Below are positions 56,423 to 64,000 of a DNA stretch of 64,000 bases, one piece after another. The stretch lies in contig CAVAKZ010000003.1 in NCBI GenBank assembly GCA_963589425.1, forward strand, positions 10,839-74,838, given 5' to 3'. A program made the position numbers and the translations under genes. Every line of letters starts with the position of its first letter. Within the stretch, counting starts at the first letter, position 1. The notes beneath the pieces are model-generated. The model was not told where the DNA came from, ran no database searches, and was given only the letters and a program-made list of their open reading frames with translations. This stretch comes from Parabacteroides distasonis. Lineage in GTDB: Bacteria; Bacillota; Clostridia; Lachnospirales; Lachnospiraceae.

Positions 56423-57100
56423 ATGAGAAGAGAACGCAATAAAGAAGAGATTGAAATTCTCTATGAAGATAAAGATATCCTGGTGTGTGTAAAGCCCCAC
56501 GGCATTCCGACCCAAAGTAAGAATCTTCGGATTATGGATTTAGAGCGGTGGGGAAAAAATCATGTTTTTCAGGAGAATCCGGGGAAAAGTCCCTATATAG
56601 CAGTGATCCACAGACTGGACCAACCGGTGAAGGGAATCTTGGTTCTTGGGAAGAATAAAAAGGCGGCAGGAAACTTAAGCAGTCAATTACAAACAGGAGA
56701 ATTTGGGAAATACTATATGGCCAAGGTGGAAGGAATCACTGAAAAGAAAGAGGGGAATCTTGCAAACTATATAGTAAAAAATGGAAGAGAAAATACTTCC
56801 TGTATCTGCGAAAAAGAAAGCTTAGGGGCCAAGGAGGCCAGGCTTTCTTATCGAGTGGTGGAAACTTTTGAAGATTCCTCCCTTTTGGAAATTCATTTGG
56901 ATACGGGAAGACACCACCAGATTCGGGTACAGATGGCCCACATGGGAAATCCCCTGGTGGGAGATGCCAAATATAATACCCGGACCCAGGAAAATTTTTC
57001 TGAAAGTGTCTTGTGCCTGTGCGCCTATAAGTTGGAATTTCGACATCCTACTACAGGAAATTTTATGGACTTTCAGCTGAAAGCTGAGGAATGGTGGTAA
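56423..57100 (+). CDS. RluA-family pseudouridine synthase
   Basis: 'VIHRLDQPVKGILVLGKN' (catalytic Asp motif) and 'GRHHQIRVQMAH'. Confidence 0.88.
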   Translation: MRRERNKEEIEILYEDKDILVCVKPHGIPTQSKNLRIMDLERWGKNHVFQENPGKSPYIAVIHRLDQPVKGILVLGKNKKAAGNLSSQLQTGEFGKYYMAKVEGITEKKEGNLANYIVKNGRENTSCICEKESLGAKEARLSYRVVETFEDSSLLEIHLDTGRHHQIRVQMAHMGNPLVGDAKYNTRTQENFSESVLCLCAYKLEFRHPTTGNFMDFQLKAEEWW

Positions 57101-57190
57101 CAAGATTTGCAAAATCCTGCTTTGTGTCTTATGATAGTGATGATGCAGATGCAGATGAAAACTTATGATAATCAAAGAAAAGAGGATATC

Positions 57191-58576
57191 ATGCATACAT
57201 ATCAAATTGATTTTAAGAAACCGGTACATGTACATTTTATTGGAATCGGTGGCATTAGTATGAGCGGTCTGGCAGAGATCCTGTTAAAGGAAGGCTTTAC
57301 CATTTCCGGCTCGGACAACAAGGAATCAGCCCTGACCACTCATTTGGAGGGCTTGGGCGCCACTGTATTTTATGGACAGAAGGCTTCTAACATTATAGAA
57401 GGGATTGATGTAGTGGTTTACACTGCGGCAATTCATGAAGACAATGAGGAATATCAGGCGGCAGTAAAAAAGAATCTGCCTATGCTTACAAGAGCAGAGC
57501 TTTTAGGACAGCTTATGAAAAATTATGAGACACCGGTGGCTATTTCCGGAACCCACGGAAAAACCACTACTACATCTATGCTGTCCCATATTCTATTGGA
57601 GGGAGAACTAGACCCAACTATTTCCGTAGGGGGGATTTTAAAGGCCATTGGAGGAAATATCCGGGTGGGCGATTCTGAAGTCTTTGTCACAGAAGCCTGT
57701 GAGTACACCAACAGCTTCTTGGATTTCTTCCCAAAGATTGGCCTAATCTTAAATATCGAGGAAGATCACCTGGATTTCTTCAAAGATCTTCAGGATATTC
57801 GAAATTCCTTCCACAAATTTGCAAAGCTCTTGCCGGAAGATGGGACCTTAATTATAAACCATTCCATTGAAAATTTAGAAGAACTAACAGGGGATTTGCC
57901 TTGTAAGGTGCTTTGCTTTGGAATGGAAGAAGCTTGCGATTATAGTGCTACAAATATCAGCCACGATGAAAAGGGAGATGCTTCTTTTGACCTCTTAAAG
58001 AAGGGAGCCTTTGTACAGCGCATTGCCTTATCTGTTAATGGAGACCACAATGTACAAAATGCCCTGGCAGCTATTGCGGCAGCAGATACTATGGGAGTTC
58101 CTATGGATGTAATTGCAAGAGGAATCAAGAGCTTTACGGGAACAGACCGAAGATTCCAGTTAAAGGGAGAGAAAAATGGCATCACTATTGTAGATGATTA
58201 TGCCCACCATCCAACGGAGATTAAAGCAACCCTGACCGCAGCGGAGCATTACCCCCATAAAGAGATTTGGTGTATCTTCCAACCCCATACCTATACAAGG
58301 ACAAAATCCCTCTTTGATGACTTTGTGGAAGCCCTGGCTCACACAGATCATGTGATCATGGCAGATATCTATGCTGCAAGAGAGACAGATACCTTGGGGG
58401 TGTCCTCAGAGGATTTGGCTAAAGCATTAAAGGAAAAAGGATGCGATGCCTACTATCTGCCATCCTTTGAAGCTATTGAAAACTTTTGTTTAGACCACTG
58501 CCAAAAAGGAGATTTGTTGATAACTATGGGAGCCGGAGATGTTGTAAACATTGGGGAAGAGCTCCTTAAGGCTTAG
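57191..58576 (+). CDS. murC: UDP-N-acetylmuramate--L-alanine ligase
   Basis: 'VHFIGIGGISMSGLAEIL', 'ISGTHGKTTTTSM' and 'DDYAHHPTEI'. SD agagga lies upstream of ATG 57191. Confidence 0.93.
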   Translation: MHTYQIDFKKPVHVHFIGIGGISMSGLAEILLKEGFTISGSDNKESALTTHLEGLGATVFYGQKASNIIEGIDVVVYTAAIHEDNEEYQAAVKKNLPMLTRAELLGQLMKNYETPVAISGTHGKTTTTSMLSHILLEGELDPTISVGGILKAIGGNIRVGDSEVFVTEACEYTNSFLDFFPKIGLILNIEEDHLDFFKDLQDIRNSFHKFAKLLPEDGTLIINHSIENLEELTGDLPCKVLCFGMEEACDYSATNISHDEKGDASFDLLKKGAFVQRIALSVNGDHNVQNALAAIAAADTMGVPMDVIARGIKSFTGTDRRFQLKGEKNGITIVDDYAHHPTEIKATLTAAEHYPHKEIWCIFQPHTYTRTKSLFDDFVEALAHTDHVIMADIYAARETDTLGVSSEDLAKALKEKGCDAYYLPSFEAIENFCLDHCQKGDLLITMGAGDVVNIGEELLKA

Positions 58577-58608
58577 TTATCCACATTTTCCACAAGGAAT
58601 TATCCACA
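58577..58608 (+). promoter_or_regulatory. Cluster of three direct DnaA-box motifs
   Basis: ttatccaca (58577-58585, perfect), ttttccaca (58586-58594, one mismatch), ttatccaca (58600-58608, perfect). The cluster lies about 160 nt upstream of the dnaD-like gene. Confidence 0.6.
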
Positions 58609-58769
58609 AAAAAGTCAAAAATTGTCACGAAAATTTCTTTTTCGGGAGATGCAGCAATGTTATAATGAGTAACATAATGCCTGTATCTCCTAGGGGCAAA
58701 ACCCTGAAGCAAGCTTACAGGCAGTATTTTCGGGAGTATAACAGAAGTTAAGAGGAGTTTAGACAAGTT

Positions 58770-59867
58770 ATGACAAAGTTGACATTGAGGAATTATCCTC
58801 AGGATACAACCACGGTGTTGGATAATGAATTTATAGATAAATATATGGCCCAGGCCAATGGAGAGTATGTGAAGGTTTATCTTCTTCTCCAACGTTATAT
58901 GAATCGCTCCACAGAGCTTTTGTCGGTAGCCCAGATGGCAGACCGCCTAGAGTGTACCGAGAAAGATGTAACCCGGGCGCTCAAATATTGGAAGAAACAG
59001 GGTCTCTTAGACTACGAAGAGGCTAATGAATCGCAGGCAGGGGAAGGTTTAAGTGAGGATCAGGCCCTTTTAGATCAAGCAGGAGAAAGCTTGCTTCCAA
59101 AAACAGAAGAACCCTCTAAAAACGATCTTTCCCAAGAGTTGCCTTCTTTGCTAATACCAGAGAAGGAGGCAGAATCTGCAAAAACCAATAATGATATTTT
59201 GAACTATCGAAGCCGCAAGGATCAGGCTGTTTTGAAAGAACGCCTTTATGTGGCTGAACAGTATCTGGAGAAGACTTTGACTTCCAGGGAAGTTGATACC
59301 ATTGCCTACTTCCTTGAAAAGTTAAATCTGTCAGAGGATTTAATCGATTATCTTATTGAATCCTGCGTGGAGGCAGGCCATAAGAGTATGCGTTATATTG
59401 AGAAGGTGGCGATTTCCTGGCATGAACAGGGGATTAAGACCGTAAAACAGGCAAAAAGTTGCTCGCAAGTTTATAATACTGCCTGCTATTCGGTATTGAA
59501 TGCTTATGGAATCAAGAACCGAGCTCCTGTAGCTGCAGAGATTAACTTTATCCGCAAGTGGACCCAGGAGTATGCATTTTCCTTGGATATTATTTTGGAA
59601 GCATGTACCAGAACCATGCAGACCATCCATAATCCAAGCTTTGAATATACCGATTCCATCTTAAAGAAATGGTTCAATAAGAAGGTTCATTCTCTTAAAG
59701 ACGTGGAAGCTCTGGATGCAGAATATTTAAAAAATAAGAGTAGGCAGGCTAATGAGAAAAAGGAGGCCAGCCTTCCGGCAAAGAAGACAGCTAAGACTAA
59801 GTTTAATAACTTTGATGAGAGAGAATATAATATGAGTGACCTAGAGCGGCGTTTGGTACAGCAATAA
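58770..59867 (+). CDS. DnaD-domain replication initiation / helicase-loading protein
   Basis: N-terminal winged-helix-like region, acidic linker, and C-terminal repeated DnaD-like region ('YIEKVAISWHEQGIKTVKQA', 'YTDSILKKWFNKKVHSLKDV'). It is followed by a DnaC/DnaI-like ATPase gene. Confidence 0.7.
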   Translation: MTKLTLRNYPQDTTTVLDNEFIDKYMAQANGEYVKVYLLLQRYMNRSTELLSVAQMADRLECTEKDVTRALKYWKKQGLLDYEEANESQAGEGLSEDQALLDQAGESLLPKTEEPSKNDLSQELPSLLIPEKEAESAKTNNDILNYRSRKDQAVLKERLYVAEQYLEKTLTSREVDTIAYFLEKLNLSEDLIDYLIESCVEAGHKSMRYIEKVAISWHEQGIKTVKQAKSCSQVYNTACYSVLNAYGIKNRAPVAAEINFIRKWTQEYAFSLDIILEACTRTMQTIHNPSFEYTDSILKKWFNKKVHSLKDVEALDAEYLKNKSRQANEKKEASLPAKKTAKTKFNNFDEREYNMSDLERRLVQQ

Positions 59868-59890
59868 CAGTAGTAGCAAGGAGTAATTAT

Positions 59891-60904
59891 ATGGCCTTAT
59901 CTAATTCCCAGTATGACCGACTTATGCGATCCTATGAGCAGCGACAACTAGATAATGAACGGGACCAGAAAGTTCGCTATGAGGAAGCTGTGAAAAAAAT
60001 CCCTGAGATTGCACAGATTGACAATCAGATTGCTTCCCTCAGTGTTTCTAGGGCCAAGGCTCTTCTTTTCGAAGGAGCCAAAGATATTGGAAATCTAAAA
60101 GAAGAAATTGAAGCCCTTTCTCTTAAAAAGAAAAAAGCCCTGGCAGCGGCAGGATTCCCGGAGAATTATCTGGAGGAACATTATACCTGTCCTGATTGTA
60201 AGGATACCGGCTATATTGGCAGCCAGAAGTGTCACTGTTTAAAGAAGGCTATAGGAGACCTTTTGTATACCCAGTCCAATCTGAAAGGAATTTTAGAAGA
60301 AGAGAACTTTGAACATTGCTGCCTGGACTATTACTCCAGCAACCACATAGATCCTATGACCGGGCGGTCCTCTTTGGATGCTATGAAAACTGCTTTAAAA
60401 ACTTGTCGTAGATTTGTTGATAACTTTTCTACAGAGTTTCACAATATATACTTGTATGGAGACACAGGAGTGGGAAAGACCTTTCTCTCTCATTGTGTGG
60501 CCAAGGAGCTGATGGACCAATCTCGCTCGGTAATTTATCTTACCTCAGATCAGCTCTTTAAGATATTTTCAAAAAATGTCTTTGGAGGGCGGGATGAAAA
60601 GGAAGAAGAAGCCTATCAATATATCTATGACTGTGAGCTTTTGATCATTGATGATCTTGGAACAGAAAGTCCCAACTCTTTTAGTATCTCACAACTCTTT
60701 GTATGTTTAAATGAGCGGATTCTTCGAAAAAAATCTACCATGATATCCACCAACCTAGCGTTGGAAGATATAAAGAACATTTATTCCGAAAGGATTTTCT
60801 CCCGGATCAGCAGTGATTATACTATACTGCGTCTGACCGGCGACGATATCCGTGTCCAGAAAAAATTACTTAACCTTGGAGGTACAAAAAATGTTACGAC
60901 GTAA
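59891..60904 (+). CDS. DnaC/DnaI-like AAA+ helicase loader
   Basis: Zn-ribbon-like 'CPDCKDTGYIGSQKCHC', Walker A 'GDTGVGKTF', Walker B 'LLIIDDLG'. Confidence 0.82.
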   Translation: MALSNSQYDRLMRSYEQRQLDNERDQKVRYEEAVKKIPEIAQIDNQIASLSVSRAKALLFEGAKDIGNLKEEIEALSLKKKKALAAAGFPENYLEEHYTCPDCKDTGYIGSQKCHCLKKAIGDLLYTQSNLKGILEEENFEHCCLDYYSSNHIDPMTGRSSLDAMKTALKTCRRFVDNFSTEFHNIYLYGDTGVGKTFLSHCVAKELMDQSRSVIYLTSDQLFKIFSKNVFGGRDEKEEEAYQYIYDCELLIIDDLGTESPNSFSISQLFVCLNERILRKKSTMISTNLALEDIKNIYSERIFSRISSDYTILRLTGDDIRVQKKLLNLGGTKNVTT

Positions 60905-62075
60905 TGATCGCAAACTGGAAAATATTCCTGCAGGACCTATAGGCATTATCGCCATTGATGGCTGCCAGGTTATGGGAAATAAGGTAAACAACTACCTGGT
61001 ACAGTGGAGACATGAAGATGGTCCCGAATTCAAGAATGACATTGTTTTTAGCGGATATGAGAAAGATAATTACCTAATTCAGGCAAAACTTCCAAGATTT
61101 GGTTCTGGTGAGGCAAAGGGAAGTATTGAGGAATCAGTAAGAGGTAGAGATATTTATATTATGGTAGATGTATGTAATTATAGTCTTACCTACAATATGA
61201 ATGGACACGAAAATCATATGTCCCCGGATGATCATTATCAGAATTTGAAGCGTGTAATTGCTGCTATTGGCGGAAAAGCCAAGAGAATTACAGTTATTAT
61301 GCCCTTCTTATATGAAAGTCGTCAGCACAAGAGAAGCAGCAGAGAATCTTTGGACTGTGCTCTGGCTTTGCAGGAATTGGTAGGAATGGGTGTAGATAAT
61401 ATTATTACCTTTGATGCCCATGACCCAAGAGTACAGAATGCAATTCCCTTACACGGTTTTGAGACAGTACGACCGACTTATCAGTTTGTGAAGGCTCTGC
61501 TTCGTAATTTTACTGACTTAAAGGTGGACAGTGAACATATGATGGCTATCAGTCCGGACGAGGGTGCCACAGAAAGAGCAGTATACCTTGCCAATGTATT
61601 GAATCTGGATATGGGTATGTTTTACAAGAGAAGAGACTATACCAAGATTGTAAATGGACGCAACCCTATTGTGGCTCATGAATTTTTGGGATCTTCTGTG
61701 GAAGGAAAGGATGTCATCATCCTAGACGATATGATTTCTTCAGGAGATAGTATCTTGGATGTAGCCCGTCAGTTGAAGCAGCGTAAGGCAAAGAGGGTTT
61801 TTGCAGCGGCAACCTTTGGACTTTTTACCAATGGCTTGGCGAAATTTGATGAGGCTTATGAAGAAGGCATTATCGATGCAGTGCTGACTACAAATCTGAT
61901 TTATCAGACACCGGAGCTTTTAGAGCGTCCTTACTACATCAGCTGCGGCATGAGTAAGTATGTGGCATTATTGATTGATACCTTGAATCACGATGGTTCT
62001 ATCAGTGATATATTAAATCCAAGCGAGCGTATTCAGGATGTAACTACTCGTTATAAAAACGGAGAGACCATTTAG
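60891..62075 (+). CDS. prs: Ribose-phosphate pyrophosphokinase (long form)
   Basis: 'LPRFGSGEAKGSIEESVRGRDIYIM', 'PFLYESRQHKR' and the PRPP loop 'VIILDDMISSGDS'. The start overlaps the upstream stop by 14 nt. Confidence 0.85.
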   Translation: MLRRNDRKLENIPAGPIGIIAIDGCQVMGNKVNNYLVQWRHEDGPEFKNDIVFSGYEKDNYLIQAKLPRFGSGEAKGSIEESVRGRDIYIMVDVCNYSLTYNMNGHENHMSPDDHYQNLKRVIAAIGGKAKRITVIMPFLYESRQHKRSSRESLDCALALQELVGMGVDNIITFDAHDPRVQNAIPLHGFETVRPTYQFVKALLRNFTDLKVDSEHMMAISPDEGATERAVYLANVLNLDMGMFYKRRDYTKIVNGRNPIVAHEFLGSSVEGKDVIILDDMISSGDSILDVARQLKQRKAKRVFAAATFGLFTNGLAKFDEAYEEGIIDAVLTTNLIYQTPELLERPYYISCGMSKYVALLIDTLNHDGSISDILNPSERIQDVTTRYKNGETI

Positions 62076-62177
62076 GACTTGCAAAAAAGGGTTTGCAAAC
62101 AATGCTTGTAAGAGTTGACATTATGTCGGGGGACTTGCCCCGCTTGTTTATAAAAAAATGCAAAAAGGAGAAGAGAC

Positions 62178-63620
62178 ATGGCAAAAGATAAGAAATTAGT
62201 CAAAAACATTACACCACGTGACGTGGATTTCGCACAGTGGTACACCGACGTTGTTAGAGAGGCTGAGCTTTGCGATTATTCCAGCGTAAAGGGATGTTTA
62301 AACTATCTGCCAAATGGCTATGCCATCTGGGAGAGAATTCAGGCTGACTTAGACAGACGTTTTAAAGAAACCGGAGTAGAGAATGTATATCTGCCGTGTC
62401 TGATTCCAGAAAGCCTTCTTCAGAAAGAAAAGGATCATATTGAAGGATTTGCACCGGAAGTTGCCTGGGTAACCCACGGAGGAACTGAGAAACTTCAGGA
62501 GAAGATGTGTATCCGCCCGACTTCTGAGACCTTATTCTGCGATCTTTGGGCAAGAACCGTGCAGTCTTACAGAGATCTTCCAAAGGTATGGAACCAGTGG
62601 AACTCAGTACTTCGTTGGGAGAAGACTACAAGACCCTTCCTTCGTTCCAGAGAATTCTTGTGGCAGGAGGGTCATACTATCCATGCAACCTATGAAGAAG
62701 CTGAGGAGCGAACCATCCAGATGTTCCATGTATATGAGGATTGCTACCGTGAGACAATGGCAATTCCTTTCGTATCCGGAAGAAAGGCAGAGCATGAAAA
62801 GTTTGCAGGAGCCCAGGATACCTATACCATTGAAGCTCTGATGCATGATGGTAAGGCATTACAGTCAGCTACCAGCCACTTCTTCGGAAGCGCCTTCCCA
62901 GACGCATTTGGTATCAAATACGTGGATAAGGATGGCAAATTAAAGAGCGTATATGAGACATCCTGGGGATGGTCTACCAGAAGTATCGGAGCCCTTATTA
63001 TGGTACACAGTGACGATGATGGCTTGGTATTGCCCCCTCATGTTGCACCGATCGAGTGTCGCGTGATTCCGGTTGCCCAGCACAAGGAAGGGGTCTTAGA
63101 CCGTGCAAATGACTTGTTGGCAGAATTAAAGGCAGCAGGATACCGTGTAAATATTGATGACTCAGAGAAGAGCCCGGGATGGAAGTTCTCCGAGCAGGAG
63201 ATTGTAGGAATTCCTACCCGTATCGAGATCGGACCAAAGGATATTGAGAATAATCAGGCGGTTATCGTTCGAAGAGATACCCGTGAGAAGTATTTTGTTC
63301 CTTTGGATGAGATTGCTGTAAAGCTTCGTGAAATCTTAGAGCAGATGCAGGAAGACATGTATCAGCGTGCAGTGGAATTCCTTCAAAGCCATATTGATAC
63401 AGCTACTAACATGGACGAGATGAAGGAAAAATTTAATGCCAACAGAGGTTTTGTAAAAGCTTGCTGGTGCGGAAATCCTGAATGTGAGGATGAAGTAAAG
63501 GCGGCCACAGGCGGAGCAGCAACCAGATGTCTGATTGAAGATGAAGAAATGATCTCCGACAGCTGTATTTGGTGTGGAAAGCCGGCAAAACACATGGCAT
63601 ACTGGGGAAAATCTTACTAG
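62178..63620 (+). CDS. proS: Proline--tRNA ligase (archaeal/eukaryote-like short type with C-terminal Zn-binding domain)
   Basis: 'FAQWYTDVV', 'IRPTSET', 'NQWNSVLRWE', 'FLWQEGHT' and the C-terminal 'CIWCGKPAKHMAYWGKSY'. Confidence 0.92.
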   Translation: MAKDKKLVKNITPRDVDFAQWYTDVVREAELCDYSSVKGCLNYLPNGYAIWERIQADLDRRFKETGVENVYLPCLIPESLLQKEKDHIEGFAPEVAWVTHGGTEKLQEKMCIRPTSETLFCDLWARTVQSYRDLPKVWNQWNSVLRWEKTTRPFLRSREFLWQEGHTIHATYEEAEERTIQMFHVYEDCYRETMAIPFVSGRKAEHEKFAGAQDTYTIEALMHDGKALQSATSHFFGSAFPDAFGIKYVDKDGKLKSVYETSWGWSTRSIGALIMVHSDDDGLVLPPHVAPIECRVIPVAQHKEGVLDRANDLLAELKAAGYRVNIDDSEKSPGWKFSEQEIVGIPTRIEIGPKDIENNQAVIVRRDTREKYFVPLDEIAVKLREILEQMQEDMYQRAVEFLQSHIDTATNMDEMKEKFNANRGFVKACWCGNPECEDEVKAATGGAATRCLIEDEEMISDSCIWCGKPAKHMAYWGKSY

Positions 63621-63628
63621 GAAAACAC

Positions 63629-64000
63629 ATGAAAATTAACTTACCGGAAAAAGTGAATCAGATTATACATAAGCTGCAGGCAAATGGCTATGAGGCCTAT
63701 GCAGTGGGAGGTTGTGTCAGAGACTCTTTATTAGGCAGGGTGCCTGGGGATTGGGATATTACTACATCGGCCCTGCCTGATGAGACTAAGGCCTTATTTT
63801 CCCATACTTTCGATACAGGAATAGAGCATGGTACTGTGACGGTATTGCTTGATAAAGATAGCTTTGAGGTTACCACCTACCGTATTGATGGAAAGTATGA
63901 AGACAGCAGGCATCCTACAGAGGTTACCTTTACCAGAAGCCTTACAGAGGACTTGCTGCGGAGGGACTTTACCATTAATGCCATGGCTTATAATGATGAC
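63629..64000 (+). CDS. cca: CCA-adding tRNA nucleotidyltransferase, 5' partial (runs off the window)
   Basis: 'GYEAYAVGGCVRDSLLG', 'DWDITT' and 'RRDFTINAMAY'. The frame stays open to the window end. Confidence 0.88.
   Translation, partial: MKINLPEKVNQIIHKLQANGYEAYAVGGCVRDSLLGRVPGDWDITTSALPDETKALFSHTFDTGIEHGTVTVLLDKDSFEVTTYRIDGKYEDSRHPTEVTFTRSLTEDLLRRDFTINAMAYNDD

Noticed and set aside
1-64000. CRISPR arrays, tRNA/rRNA genes, integrases, transposases and prophage genes
   Set aside because: No spacer-interrupted direct repeats were seen, since the only short-period repeats are contiguous 12-15-nt units. No cloverleaf-like or rRNA-like segments occur in the intergenic regions, and no recombinase-like ORF appears in the six-frame track.

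Overview
This window is a chromosomal segment from a low-GC Gram-positive anaerobe. The gene content looks Clostridia/Lachnospiraceae-like, but that taxon call is an inference. It is densely coded and about two thirds is housekeeping. That part includes a maltodextrin locus (malQ, LacI-family regulator, sugar ABC transporter), two OmpR/histidine-kinase pairs, metF, pgi, glmS, metG, tatD, rsmA, asnS, murC, dnaD/dnaC-like loaders, prs, proS and cca. No rRNA gene, tRNA gene, CRISPR array, integrase or transposase was seen. The accessory part runs from about 12.3 to 31.5 kb and holds five notable things. (1) A GNAT-like gene is translationally coupled to a 1490-aa Lys/Glu-rich protein whose C-terminus carries a papain-like Cys/His/Asp arrangement. 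(2) Divergent from it lies a Wadjet/MksBEF-like jetA-jetB-jetC cassette with no jetD nuclease gene. (3) Next comes a separately promoted unit of a ParA-like ATPase, an 84-aa Lys/Ala/Thr-rich protein and an AIM24 (TIGR00266)-family protein. (4) A 72-aa peptide with a double-glycine-like leader is translationally coupled to an ECF-like sigma factor, followed by a short HlyD-like protein and two C39-type ABC exporters (NHLM-like export set). (5) A GC-rich 0.45-kb nested inverted-repeat element fills the next convergent intergenic region. It shares an exact 10-mer (TTCGCAAACA) with a second long palindromic element at 6.8 kb. The jetD-less jetABC neighbourhood and the peptide-sigma-exporter module are my best candidates for an undescribed system. 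All family assignments come from reading motifs by eye, with no homology search run.
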